From Chiloscyllium plagiosum (taxonomy: Eukaryota), in the NCBI RefSeq assembly GCF_004010195.1, contig NC_057749.1, positions 22,825,886 to 22,889,885 on the forward strand: a stretch of DNA of 64,000 nucleotides, in the 5' to 3' direction. This document shows positions 12,161 to 24,900 of the stretch, one piece after another; the stretch's first letter is position 1; each line of letters begins with the position of its first letter. A model generated the notes under the pieces. That model did not search any database and was not told where the DNA came from. It saw only the letters and a program-made list of their open reading frames with translations. The translations under genes were made by a program, and so were the position numbers.

Positions 12161-12445
12161 GGGATGCACGGTGGCTCAGTGGTTAGCACTACTGCCTCAC
12201 AGTGCCAGCCACCTGTGTTCAATTCCAGCTTCAGGGAGACTGTCTGTGTGGACTTTACATGCTCTCCCTGTGTCTGTGTGGGTCCCCTCTGAGTATTCCA
12301 GCTTCCTTCCCACCGTCCAAAGGTTTTGTGGATCGGTCATGGGAAATGCATGGATAAAGTAGTGGCATGGGTATGGGTGGGATGCTCTTCAGAGGGTTGG
12401 TGTAAAATCTATGGGCAGAACGGCCTGCTTCCACACAGTAGGGAT
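12161..12445 (+). mobile_element. HE1-like SINE
   Basis: A/B boxes, V-domain and CR1-type tail as in 1654-1995. Confidence 0.85.
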
Positions 12446-12449
12446 TTCT

Positions 12450-12550
12450 GACTGAAACGTCGACTCTTCTGCTCCTCGAATGTTGCCTGACCTGCTGTGC
12501 TTTTCCAGCACCACACTCTCGACTCTGATCTGCAACCCTCACCTTTCCCC
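12450..12550 (+). mobile_element. Family A PLE-tail insertion in the SINE tail
   Basis: GAAACGTCGACTC...CTTTTCCAGCACCACACTCTCGACTCTGATC; GTAG(G/A)GATT on both sides. Confidence 0.7.
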
Positions 12551-13444
12551 TGTAGAGATTCTATGCTCTTCACTAACCCCCAGGCCCTGTCATGACATAG
12601 GCTGGTTTGAGCACAGCCAACACACTCTCACCTAATCATGGTTCCCACTTTCAACTTTTCTTTTTCCCTGGCTTGCTATCACTCATTGTTTTGTCTTCCT
12701 GATTTTTTTTCTTTCTTTCTCTGAACCCTGTTTCCACCTATCTGCTCACTCCCTATTCCCACCACACCCCACTGACCCTCTCATGTCAGCACCAACTCCA
12801 CTGTTTCTAGCTACTCTAAGTTCTGAAGAAGGACCTAAATGTTAACTTTGTGTTTCTCTCTCCACAGATGCTGCCAGATCTGCTGAGTTTCTCCAGCCAT
12901 TTCTAGTTTTGTTTCAGATCTTTGGCATCCACAGTTCTCTGCTTTAGTTTGATTCTACAAAGGATTCTTTAAATTTTATGTCACAGAAAACCAGCAATGA
13001 GATACATGAGGATTGCGAGGAAGAAGTTTTTTTTAACACTGAGTGATAATGACTTTGAACTTACTTGCCCACAAGGAAGGTGCAAGCCAAGAAGATTTTA
13101 GAAGGAAATTGGATGTACACTTGGGAGAATGAACTTGCGCGATTGTAGAGGTAGAGTGTGAATATAGGGCAGACTGGATTACTCAACAAGGAGTTAGCAT
13201 TAGCTCAATGGGCTGAATGGCTACTTTCTGTGCCATAATCACTCTGTGAAGCTGAAGTATGGTCTGGTGATCTAACTAAACTGTCAGATTAAATACAGAG
13301 CAACACTTTCTCAACTCTTCCATAAAGCTCCTTCAGCAGCACATTTCAAACCCATGACCACTTCCATCTAGAAGGACAAGTGCAGCAGATACATGGGAAC
13401 ACCACCCCCTGCAAGTTCCCCTCCAAGTGACGCACCATCCAGAG

Positions 13445-13835
13445 TCTTTGTCTCTCGATAATTATCTCACTCTGTAACTATCTCTCTATTGCTCAATAAT
13501 ATTTTGCTGTGTAACTCTCCTCTATCACTCAATAACTTTCTCCCTCTGTAACTCTCTCTCTCTATTTCTCAATATCTACCTCCCTCTGTATTTCTCTCTC
13601 TATCACTCATTAACTATCTCCCTCTGTACCTATCACTCAATAACTACCTCCCTCTGTAACTCTCTCTATCACTCAATATCTACCTCCCTTTGTATTTCTC
13701 TCTCTATCACTCAATAACTATCCCCCTCAGTATCTCTCTCTCTCTATTACTCAATAACTATCTCCCACTGTATCTCTCTATCTCTCAATAACTACTTTCC
13801 TCTGTAACTCTGTATCTTTCTCTCTCTCTCTCTTT
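13445..13835. repeat. Pyrimidine-rich degenerate minisatellite (about 34-38 bp unit CTCTCTCTATCACTCAATAACTATCTCCCTCTGTAA) inside a LINE 3' end
   Basis: Roughly ten visible repeats of the unit. Confidence 0.85.
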
Positions 13836-15631
13836 CCTGTAGTGTTGCTGGGTCAATTTCTAGAATTCCCTCTCCATGATGTTGTGAATGCACCAAATAG
13901 ACTGCAGCAGTTCAAGACAGCACCACCATTTTCTCAAGGTATCCAGGGATGAACAATGTATAACCACAAAGTATAACCAAATGGAGCTGTCAATCAAACT
14001 AGGATTTGGCAATAATTGCTGGCCCAGCCAGCAGTGCCCACATCCCATGAATGAATAAGTCAAAATAAGTCTTTCCCAGCAAAGATGCAACGCAAAATAG
14101 ACCCAGTACAAATCCCCACAAACTGTTCCATTGGACATCCCCAAACAATGTTCAGAATGGGTTTGTTACAGACTGAGGAGACCATTACATTTTCTCAGGA
14201 CAGGAACAGCAAAAGGCTAAATGTGAAGTCAAGCTGTTTCTGAGACCATCCCACCAAATTCTAAGGACAGGTACACCAGATGTGGGGGACTGATAAACCT
14301 CAGCACTATATTTTAATATCAGCCTGACGGAGCACTTCAGGCTGCACACGTATCTCCCTTCCGTGGGAGTGATTATGTTGTCTAGACATGGTCACCAACT
14401 ATCTGCCAACTTCTCATGAAGTATGGGCTGAGGATCAGAACTGGTAAGAACAATTTGGCAGACTGCGATAGCCGTGTCACTTGCAGCAACAACTTGCATT
14501 TGAATAGCCCCTTCAACACCATAAAGCAATCCCAAGCACTTATGTGATGCCATTTGACGTGAAGCCACAGAAGGAGACATTAAGTTTGGTCAAAGAGGTT
14601 TGTTTTTATGAAATACTTATAAGTAGAAAGGAGGGAAGATTTATGGATGGATTTGCACTGCTAAACATCTTGAACACTTTAACAGTTAGGATGGGCTGAG
14701 AGAAGGATAAATGTAGTCTGAGGTAAATTTATTCTCAGTCCCTGGAGATCTAAAATCCTTTAGCGCACAGTTCAATCTCCAAAGCCTTCAGTTTTTAAAA
14801 TCTGACAAGAGGCGTAATGCTATTACTTTGGTTACGGTGCTTTCTCTGTAACTCCAAGATCAATTTATCACACGCAAATTAATCTTTCATTGGTGATTTC
14901 CTCAAATTACACAATGGGCCCTTAATCAGAGTACACTGGAAACAATCCAGCAGGCTGGATCCAAACTTCACTGAGAGATTGTACCACAAGCTCCACAGCA
15001 GTAACCCATTGTGAATCCAATGCAGCCTCTGAGTCTCTGGGTCAGATTATCGATTTGATTCTTTTTTGGTACAGAATTTACAGCCCAGTGACAGTAGCTG
15101 GGCTCAATAAGAACAGAAGGTACCTTGTTGCCTCTTTTTGTGCTGTAAATATTTTGCAGTTGTGATGCATCAAGATCAACACAGAAATCTGGAGCTTTTG
15201 ATTCAGGGGAGCAAAGTTTAGATTTTGAATCCAGGCTGAAGGTATTCTGGCTTTGTTAAAAAATAGCACTCGCTAGAGGGAGCTGCTGTTTTTCAGAAGT
15301 CCATCTATTCACATTTGAGTCCCTGTTTCAGGTCTCGCCTGTACAATCTCCAGAGGAGCTTGTTGCTCCTAATGCCTAATAATAACCGTTATCCTGTTTT
15401 CATTGTTTACCCATGAGCTGAGTGTAAATAAATGCTGTGTCAAGACAGCCAATGGTAATGATAAACATGTAAATACCAATGACAATGCAAAAACTGAGGC
15501 TGAGCCAGGCAAACCACAAACCTCTGAAATTTTATTTTTCCTCAATTATCCAGACAGCAATTTTGGTGATTTGAAGCGTATCACCCAAAGCAAAGTATAC
15601 TTCCCAGGTATGGATCAGTTCCCTGTACTAG

Positions 15632-16284
15632 GCCATAAGACCATAAGACATTGGAATGGAAGTAAGGCCATTCAGCCCATCAAATGCACTCCGCCATTTA
15701 ATCATGGCTGATGGGGCATTTCAACTCCACTTACCCGCACTCTCCCCGTCACCCTTAATTCCTTGTGAGATCAAAAATCTATCAATCTCTGCCTTGAAGA
15801 CATTTAACGTCCCAGCCTCCACTGCGATCCATGGCAAAGAATTCCGCAGGCCCACCGCTCTCTGGCTGAAGAAATACCTCCTCATTTCTGTTCTAAATTG
15901 AACCCCTCTAATTCTAAGGTTGTGCCCACTGGTCCTAGTCTCCCCGCCTAACGGAAACAACTTCCCAACGTCCACCCTTTCTAAGCCATGCATTATATTG
16001 TAAGTTTATATTAGATCTCCCCTCAACCTTTTAAACTCTAATGAATACAATCCCAGAATCCTCAGCTGTTCATCGTATGTTAGGCCTATCATCCGTGGAA
16101 TCTCCGCTGGACACGCTGCAGTGCCAGTATGTCTTCCTGAGGTGTGGGGCTCAAAATTGGACACAGAATTCTAAATAGGGCCTAACTAGAGCTTTATAAA
16201 GTCTCAGAAGCACATCGCTGCTTTTATATTCCAACCCTCTTGAGATAAACGACAACATTACATTCGCTTTCTTAAGCATGGACT
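15632..16284 (-). mobile_element. CR1 LINE 3' fragment
   Basis: ORF 15721-15993 FRTEMRRYFFSQRAVGLRNSLPWIAVEAGTLNVFKAEIDRFL. Confidence 0.9.
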
Positions 16285-16483
16285 CATTTGATGGAGTGGG
16301 AAGTTAACGTAGAAGATAGCAGCAGGAGTAGGCCATTCAACCTTTTGAGCCTGCTACTCCATTCAATATGATGATGCCTGATCATCGAGCTTAATTTCCT
16401 AACCGTGCCCTCCCCCCAATATCCCTTGATCCCTGTTTTGACCTCTCCCACATTCTGTAGTGATGATTTCCACAGGCTTACCA

Positions 16484-17205
16484 ATGATGGTGGCGTATTA
16501 CCAATGTCTCTTCCATGATGTGGCTTAGTAGGACTCCTGAGCCAGAGCACGTTCACTCAGTCCAATTCTTTTCTTTCTTTCTATCTCTTTTTGTGTTTTT
16601 GCTTTTTATTTCTTTTTACCTCCCATCGTCAGGTGGTATCAGTGACGTTCAGGGTGAAAGCCACCGCAGACTCCCAGCCTCAGTGATGACTCGAACTCCC
16701 GGCCTCAGCGTGGACTCAGACCTCCGACCTCAGCATGGTCTTGAACTCCCAGCTCAGCATGGACTCAAACTCCCGGCCTCAGTGTGGACTCAGACTCCCA
16801 GCCTCAGTGTGTACTCGAACTCCTGGCCTCAATGTGGACTCGGACTCTCGGCCTCAATGTAGACTCGGACTCCCGGCCTCAGTGTGGACTCAAACTCCCA
16901 GCCTCAGCTTGGACTCAAACTTTGGGCCTCAGTGTGGACTCAAACTCCCGGCCTCTGTGTAGCCCTGAACTCCCGGCCTTGAGGTGAAGCCTGGCGCAGT
17001 TTGGGTTGAAAGGACTGTTATTCTGAACTCTTATTTCTTTATTTTCCTAATTTATTGCTGGGATTTATACTTGTTTATTCTTCTAATATTTTCCTTAAGA
17101 ATCTGTACCTTGGTACCTTCGTACCTAAGATGGCCCCGCAAGTGACGACTTGTAAACTTTTCACTTTACTCATGTCACAATATATGTGACAATAAAGCTA
17201 ATACT
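16484..17205 (+). mobile_element. Non-coding element with Rex1/Babar-like 3' tail and internal minisatellite, inserted in a minus-strand CR1 (16305-17600)
   Basis: 5' GATGGTGGCG...GGACTCCTGAGCC, pyrimidine tract, 3' CCTAAGATGGC...TTTTCACTTTAC...GTGACAATAAAG resembling the tail at 28725-28790. Confidence 0.55.
16668..16980. repeat. 25 bp minisatellite (ACTCCCGGCCTCAGTGTGGACTCAG), about 12 units
   Basis: Directly visible tandem units. Confidence 0.9.
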
Positions 17206-18509
17206 AATTCTCTGGGTGAAGAAATTTCTCCTCATCTGTGCCCTAAAAGGTTTATTCTTTACCCTTAAACTATCATGGATCTGGACGTCCCTATCATCCT
17301 TCCTCATCTAACCTGTCTGGTCCTTTTGTACAGTGAGATACCCCTTCATTCTTCTGAACACCAGAGAATACAATCCTAACCGACTCAATCTCATACATCA
17401 ATCTCAATCCTGACCTCATACATCAGTCCTGCCCATCCCAGACCAATTTGGCAAATCTTCACTGTACTCCCTCTGTAGCAAGAACATCCTTAGATAAGGA
17501 GACCAAAACTGCACTCCAAATGTGGCCTCACCAATTCCACTGCAACAGCAGCACAACAATACCGACTCCTGCAGGATCCATACATACTCTGCTCGCCTTC
17601 CTACTTTCTCTAGCGATGTGTTCTCCCCTAGGGATGCAGAGAGGAATTCAATCGTTATATTTGGTGCATTATCCAATGTGTATGTACTTCAAGAAGGTGA
17701 CGCAGCATCATGTTCTCAAGGACAATCCAATAAGGGCAACAAATTTAGTCAGCAACACCTATATGCCAGGAATAATAAAGAGAACAACTGCACCCATCAA
17801 ATATTGAATGATTACATTATCTGACATTGAAACTATGAATTGCTCTCAGCTCAGGTACAGCATGGTTGAGACGTAAAGCTGTAATCTCGCACCCTTCAAA
17901 CATACTTATTTAATGACTGCAAAGCCCCTTGGGATGTCATTAGGTTGTGAGTGTCGCTATATAAATCTAAGATCGTTTTTTTCCATTCTTCTTCACCCGC
18001 CTGAATTTCTCCTCAATTTCCCCGTGGATCCCCTTGACTTTGCTGACAGCTAACCAGTCTTTCTTAATATTGAGGGAATATAGATCCCTGAAATGCAAAA
18101 TGTCATTTGAAAGGCAGTATTTCTATTAAAGCAGACTTTAATTGGAAAGCAAGTAAAAATCCCTTAATACACACATGTTTGCGTGAGCAAGTCAGCCCGG
18201 GTCCCTAACCTAGAGCAATTTAGAAAATTGTTAAATAGATGTAATACACTATGAACCGTATTTGTTTTCCTACGTTATCATTTTCAATTTCAAAGGATGA
18301 GATGAGAGACAGGCCTGTTAGCCAGCACGCACTAATTCATAGCTAATTCAGTTCTTTGAGTCTTTCTGAGTCAATAAAGTGCCAATGTTGATATCTACAA
18401 ACATGAATGACCAGAAGTAGTGACTCAACTTTAAGTTTTCCAAGAAAACAAAACTGTCTCAAAAGTACTTTGCGAGAGGCTGTATATCTGATGGGACTTT
18501 ATATAGGTT

Positions 18510-18808
18510 AGCTTCCCTACAGTGTGGAAACAGGTCCTTTGGCCCAACAAGTCCACACTGACCCTCCAAAGAGTAACCCACCCAGTCCCATTTCCCTCTG
18601 ACTAATGCACCTAACACTGTGGACAATTTAACATGACCAATTTACCTGACCTACACGTCTTTGGAATGTGGGAGGAACCAGAGCAAACCCACGCAGACAC
18701 GGGGAGAACGTGCAAACTCCACACAGACAGTTGCCCAAGACTGGAATCGAACCTGGGACCCTGGCGCTGTGAAGCAGCAGTGCTGACCACTGAGCCACGT
18801 GCCGCCCC
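18510..18808 (-). mobile_element. HE1-like SINE
   Basis: Reverse complement of the HE1 consensus seen elsewhere in the window. Confidence 0.9.
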
Positions 18809-19019
18809 GTAAATCGAAAAAAAAAATCAAAGAACTGCAGACACTGGAGGTCTGAAACAAAAACAGAAAATGCTGAAGAATATCAGCAAGTCCAGCAGGA
18901 GAGAGAAACAGACGTAAGGTTTCAAGTCAAATTCTGACAAAACGGCAAAACCATTAACTCTTGTTTTTCTGTCTATAGATGCTGCTCAGTTACTCCAGTT
19001 ATTTCTGTTCTGAAGAATT

Positions 19020-19145
19020 CTCTTTCTCAACCTCTCCCCTTGCCTGAGGTTCGACGACCCTCAGATTAAACCATCACCAGTCATCTCTCTCTCATGCGAG
19101 AGCAGCCCTATGGTGCTCCGGGATTATGGCAACATAACCTTTGCT
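19020..19145 (+). mobile_element. Fragment of a second SINE family (also 61375-61700, minus)
   Basis: TTCTCAACCT..CCCCTTGCCTGAGG...CCACCAGTC...GAGAGCAGCC shared with 61500-61620, whose copy retains a tRNA-like head. Confidence 0.55.
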
Positions 19146-20519
19146 TTTATAAATACAATCTGTCTTTATCAGCAGATTTCTCATCTTGCACTACCTTTTA
19201 CATAAGAAAGAAACATTCACAGATAGATTTTTTTCTGAACCAGCTACGAAATTATTGTTGTTTTTTCTTGAGACAAAGAGGAAGAGCATCAGACAGTAAG
19301 AAACATTGTGGGCAGAGTTTTGACTTCAAAATTAATTTTCTAGTTGCGTCCAAATGCACTTTAAATTAAATTGATTAGGTTAAGCCTCAGATTTCTACTA
19401 AAATGTATTTGTATAAGTTAATATGAAGTCTCCAAGGCAGTCAGGCAACATAATAGAATGTAACAGTTTATTTTTGTCTCATAATAATATTCATTGATAT
19501 ATTCAAGAGTAATTGCTGGGTACAGTTTTATTAGAAGAGCTAAAAATAGCTTAATGAGCAAGCGCAAGTATTTTTAATAAGTCCATCCATTCCTCTATCT
19601 GTGAACAACCCATTCTATACTTCCTGAAAACGTTTTTAAAGAAAAGGCAGAGTGAATCATTTAAAACATGAATGCGCGTGGTTTTGGGTGTAACTCACAG
19701 GTCTAAAATTGCCTTAATTTTCACACAACTAAGGCCAATTCTGGTTAGATCACACCAACATAACTAATGAAATGAAACAAAAACATGAGCCCTTGTTATC
19801 CTCAAGACCACAGACCAAATTGTCTGATATGATTTATATAATATTGTTGGCTGTTTTTATAACATTATCATCTCTGCTCATTAACTCTATATAATACATA
19901 ACTTTAAAGTTTATTGTATTTTTGGTAGGATTTTCTACATCCAGGCACTGTATAGTTCAAATAATTGAACTATTTAAGTTTGAGAACAATATGGTAAAGC
20001 TGAAAGATAAATGATCTATTGTTATTATTACTTTGTAATCTAATTCATATAAATAATTTCTATTAAAATTTACTAAGAATCCACGTTCTGTTAGGTTAAT
20101 TTTTTTTGCACATTGGAAAGAAATCTGATTACATCATGTCACTGACAGATAAAAGAAACCTAATATTGTGATGGTCAAAGCTGTTTCACCCTTCTGTTTT
20201 CACAATGTATGAAATCTCCAACTGGCATGTACAGATGACTGCTCCTCCTCCTGTGATACTCAGTAAATGTTGTCCCCTTGTCATACACTTAGGACCAGGT
20301 TTTCATGCTTCTGTCTCTTTTAAATGGGCTTTAAAAATGCAGGCAAAGACCCAATTCTGGGATTTCAATTCCATTCCCATGGCCAGCTACCCCTAGCATC
20401 AGAAAGGTCAGTATCAGACCTACAAGCGGCAATCTGAACAATGCAAGACCCTTTACAATTAGAGTTCTCGACTAACTCCAAACTGCCATGTTCATGGAAA
20501 TGGGCGCATTGAGTAGTCA

Positions 20520-20554
20520 AGTCCTGATGAAGGGTTAAGCCTGAAACATCGACT
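20520..20554 (+). ncRNA. Minimal hammerhead motif (family A), weakened stem II
   Basis: AGUC-CUGAUGA-A-GGGU(UAA)GCCU-GAAA-CA-UC-GACU. Confidence 0.65.
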
Positions 20555-20650
20555 CTCCTGCTCCTTGGATGCTGCCTGACCTGTTGTGCTTTTCCAGCAC
20601 CACACTTTATCAACTCTGACTGCTCCAGCATCTGCAGTTCACACTATCTC
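20521..20650 (+). mobile_element. Single-arm family A mini-insertion
   Basis: TSD CATTGAGTAGTCAA (20507-20520) / CATTGAGTAGACAA (20651-20664). Confidence 0.85.
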
Positions 20651-21009
20651 CATTGAGTAGACAATGAGATTCAGGCTTTTCAGAGGAGTTGTGAACTGTA
20701 TGGGAATAATAATAGGCAGTTTGGAACCTTTTGAGAGGTAAGTTCGAAAAGATATGGCCATGGGAATGGTATTGAACTCCCAGAATTGGGTCTCCACCTA
20801 CATTTTTAAAGCCCATTTAAAAGAGATAGAAGCATGAAATTAAAGATCATAATGCAATCCTGCATGATAATTAACTCGTGATTTGCCTAGAAAAAGTGGG
20901 CTATCATTAAATGGCTCGGCATTGTGGAAGTGGAAAAATCTTGAGATAAATTAAAGTATGTTGTCCATTGGATAAGGTGCACTTCTGCATTAAGCTATAT
21001 TGATCTTCA

Positions 21010-21515
21010 GATCTCCCCTGTCAATTCAACTCTGTTTTAATATTTTTTTTAAATTTACTGTCAGATCAGCCATCCATTTAGCCTTTGAAGTCATGCAATA
21101 AATGACCATCTGTGCCACTACTTTGGAGGCTTTAATTGTTGACACAATTTTGCCATGGAATTTCATTATGAATATTTGGCTGAGCTCCAAACCCCATCAA
21201 TTCAGCAGGAGTTGGAGATACCACTGTCAAGAAAGCAGTGACCTTCATTTTGATTCATAGTTTTACGAGCTGCAAAGAAGATTATTTTTGAGGAGGCTTT
21301 TTGAATCCCTATTTTGATGATTTTGACAGTTTTATGATTACTTAGTAACTCCTGTGGAATGTATATGGGTTGTGTGTTGGATTGACAGCTTTATGCCGAA
21401 GTGGAACAGGTTCTTTTTCCAATTGGAAAGTGAATGATTGTCTATTGTGACAGTTTCATGGCCATCTCAAACAATGGCTAATGTTATTAAATGGCTCATA
21501 AATCCTGTCAATTTT
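21010..21515. promoter_or_regulatory. Candidate developmental enhancer (MEIS plus posterior-HOX motif cluster)
   Basis: Repeat-free AT-rich island with seven TGACAG/CTGTCA sites, four adjacent to TTTATG-like sites (21324, 21383, 21448, 21497-21510). Confidence 0.45.
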
Positions 21516-21904
21516 TGGTACTGGGTAAGTAGGCAAGAGTGATGTAGGACTCATTTGTGGATATGAAGGACACAGGGCTGGGTGAGGGATAAGGAGTGAG
21601 ATATATATATAGAATTGGACCAGCATCCCTCAGCTCATGTCTTCTAATCTGCCCACCTCAATATCCACCCCACTTTTTGAAAAGCTGCAGTTCTGACTCT
21701 AATCTATCTCCATTTGTCAGTGACAAATGGACATTGCTGCATTGGGATAGTGCCTGGAGGAATCCTTAGGACCCAACTTGAATTATCCATCTCATGGATG
21801 AAAGTGCCTGCCTTAGGGAATATCATTCCATCTCTGAAACTCAGTGACTGCTAACCCCTCTTGCGATATACACTGCTAAAATTAATGGGTTCTGATTTAG
21901 GTAG

Positions 21905-22485
21905 GGTGACAGTGGTTAGCACTGCTGCCTCACAGCTCCAGAGACCCGGGTTCAATTCCAGCCTCCGTGTGGGATCATAGAATCCCTACAGTGTGGAAAC
22001 AGACCATTTGGCCCAACAAGTCTACACCAACACTCCGAAGAGTAACCCACCCATTCCCTTAACCTATTACTCTATATTTCCCCTGATGAATCCGCCTGAC
22101 CTGCACATCTTTGGATTGTGAGAGGAAACCGGAGCACCCAGAGGAAACCCACGCAGACACGGGGAGAATGTGCAAACTCCACACAGACAGTCGCCCGAGG
22201 CTGGAGTTGAACCGTGGTGCTGTGAGGCAGCTGTGCTAACCACTGAGCCATCGTGCCACTTTATGCAGATGTGGAGTTCGCACATTCTCCTTGTGTCTTT
22301 GTGGGGTTTCTCTGGGTGCCCTGATTTCTTCCCAGGGTCCAAAGATGTGCAGGTTAGGTGGATTGGCCACGCTAAATTACCCAGAGTGTTCAGGTTAGGT
22401 GGGGATAGTCAAGGGAATGCTGTTTGGAGGAACAGTGTGGACTCAATGGACCGAATGGCCTGCTTCCACACTGTAGGGATTCCAT
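21905..22485. mobile_element. HE1-like SINE cluster: minus copy 21975-22258 between plus-strand pieces
   Basis: Head at 21905-21970 (+), copy at 21975-22258 (-), body and tail at 22265-22485 (+). Confidence 0.85.
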
Positions 22486-22949
22486 AATTGTGCTTTTAAG
22501 TGATGATAGCACTGATGGGAAAATCAACGTCTGTTACCCAACTGTATTTGTCCTTCCAAAGGGAGTGTGGTGAACTACTGCAGTTCATTGGGTATACAGA
22601 TTTGTGCGCTGTTAGGAGGGGAGTTTCACAATTTTGATCCAACCACAGTAAAGGAATAGCGATATAGTTAAAATTTCGAATGGGATTTAGCTTGGAGGGC
22701 AACAGCAGCTTCTAATCATCCTGGAAGCCTTCCTGCTTTTTCTTTTGTCTGCAAGTGGTTCTCAGGTAACAGGGCTGGACTCTAACAGGCACCAGTGACT
22801 GCTCACCTTCCAGCTGCTTAATCTCTCTTCCTGAGACTGTGTTGTGTTAGGTTAGCACAGCACCATGGTGTGTCTAATCACCAGCACGCTCCCTGCTCTC
22901 GCGCAGACAATTGGTGCTTGTGGGCTCCAGCTGCACAGAGCTAATGGCA

Positions 22950-24320
22950 CAGAAACATAAAAGATAGGAGTAGGCCATTCAGCCCTTCGAGCATGCTCCA
23001 CCATTCAAAATGATCCTGGCTGATCATCCAACTCAGTCCCCTGTTCCCGCTTTCTCCCCCATAGATTCTTGGTAGAGTGGATGAGTAGAGAGATATTGGT
23101 GTCCATGTGCACACAGGTCCCTGAAAGTTGCCACACAGCTCGATAGGGTTGTTAAGAAGGCATACAGTGTGTTAGCTTTTATTGGTGGAGGGATTGGATT
23201 TCAGAGCCATGAGGTCACGTTGCAGCTGGACTCTGGTGCGGCCACACTTGGAGTATTGTGTACAATTCTGGTTGCTGCATTATAGGCAGGATGTGGAAGC
23301 ATCGGAAACAGTTCAGAGGAGATTTACTAGGATGCTGCCTGTTATGGAGGGAAAGTCTTATGAGGAAAGGCTGAGGAGCTTGAGGCTGTTTTCGTTAGAG
23401 AGAAGAAGGTTAAGAGGTGACTAAATAGAGGCATACAAGATGATCAGAAGATTAGATCGGGTGGACAGTGACAGCCTTTTTCCTGGGATGGTGATGGCTA
23501 GCATGAGGGGACATAGCTTTAAATCGAGGGGTGATAGATGTAGGACAGATGTCAGAAGTAGGTTCTTTACTCAGAGAGTAGTAAGGGTGTGGAATGCCTT
23601 GCCTGCAACAACACTGGACTTGCCGACATTACGGGCATTTAAATAGTCATTGGATAAACAAAAGGATGATAATGGAATATTGTAAGATAATTGGGCTTCA
23701 GATTGGTTTCTCGGACGGGCGCAACATCGAGGGCCGAAGGGCCTGTACTACGTTATAATGTTCTACATTCTATGTATCCTTTGATGCTTTTAACCCGAAG
23801 AACTATATTTACCTTCTTGAAAACATTCAATGCTTTGGTCTCAACTGCTTTCTGTGGCAGAGAATTCCACAGGCACCCCACTATCTAGATGAAGATATTT
23901 CTCCTTATCTCAGTCTGAAATAGCCCGACCCATATCCTTAGACTGTGACCCCTGGTTGTGGACTCCCCAGTCATCGGAAACATCCTCCTGCATTTACCCT
24001 GTCCAGTCCTGTTAGAAATTTATATGTTTCTCTGAGATTCCCCACCTCATTCTTCCAAACTCTAGCGAACGTGGTCCAAACCAATCCAGTCTCTCTTCCT
24101 ATGTCAGTCCTAGCATCCCAGGGATCCATCAGGTAAACCTTCAGTGCATTCTCTCCTCAACCAGAACACCCTTCCTCAGATGAGGAGACACAATATTTCA
24201 GGTGGGGTCTCACTAAGGCCCAGTGCAATTTCAGCAAGCATCCCTACTCCTGGATTTGAATCCTCTCACAATGAAGGCCAACATTCCATTTGCCTTCTTC
24301 ACCAGCTGCAGCATCTGCAC
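22950..24320 (-). mobile_element. CR1 3' fragment interrupted by another CR1
   Basis: Tail at 22950-23060 resumes at about 23775. Confidence 0.75.
23065..23775 (+). mobile_element. CR1 LINE 3' fragment
   Basis: ORFs 23182-23424 TLVRPHLEYCVQFW...FSLERRRLRGD and 23440-23646 FFTQRVVRVWNALP. Confidence 0.9.
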
Positions 24321-24354
24321 AGCCGCAGCACTTCAATTGCATGGAACTGACTCT

Positions 24355-24900
24355 GTTATAGAGCTATAGAGTCATAAAGCACGGAAACAAACTCTTCGAT
24401 CCAGCCAGTCCATGCCCAACATAATCCCAGACTAAACCAGTCCCACCTGCCTGCTCCTGGCTCATATCCCTCTTTCCTATCTTTGTACTTATCTGAATGT
24501 CTTTTCAATGATGTCATTGTACCTACATCCATCACTTCCTCAGAAAGATCCTTCTACACATGAATCACTCTCTGTGTAAAATATTTGCCCCTCATGTTTG
24601 TTTTTGTAAATCTCTCTCCTCTCACCCTCTACTCTTGAAATCCTCCATCCAAGGCAAAAGACACCTATCATCCATGCTATCAATACCCCTTTTTTAAACT
24701 TCTCTCAGGTCACCTCTTAACCTCCTACGCTCCAGTGAAAAAAGTCCCATCCTATCCAGCCTTCCTTTATAACTTAAATCTTCCACACCCAGGAACAGCC
24801 TGGTCAATGTCTTCTGAATCCTCTCCAACTTAATAATATTCTTCCTATAACAGGGTGACCAGAACTGGACACAGTATTCCAGAAGAGGCCTTACCAATGG
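24355..24900 (-). mobile_element. CR1 LINE 3' fragment
   Basis: LVRPLLEYCVQFWSPCYRKNIIKLERIQK in ORF 24694-24972. Confidence 0.9.

Larger units (their letters stand above)
11361..12445 (+). mobile_element. Composite unit: family C hairpin + about 60 bp linker + HE1 SINE, interrupted by a CR1 insertion
   Basis: 11361-11493 plus 12048-12445 is colinear with the reverse complement of 40200-40710. Confidence 0.7.
20301..20839. repeat. About 85 bp inverted repeat pair (MITE/foldback-like)
   Basis: 20301-20385 TTTCATGCTTCTGTCTCTTTTAAATGGGCTTTAAAAATG...CCCATGGCCA is the near reverse complement of 20755-20839. Confidence 0.85.

Noticed and set aside
15265..15290. CTCF-like motif CGCTAGAGGGAGC
   Set aside because: A single partial match cannot be distinguished from chance without ChIP or conservation data
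15410..15525. Hydrophobic minus-strand exon candidate GLWFAWLSLSFCIVIGIYMFIITIGCLDTAFIYTQLM
   Set aside because: Acceptor lacks a polypyrimidine tract, no partner exons found and no recognised homology
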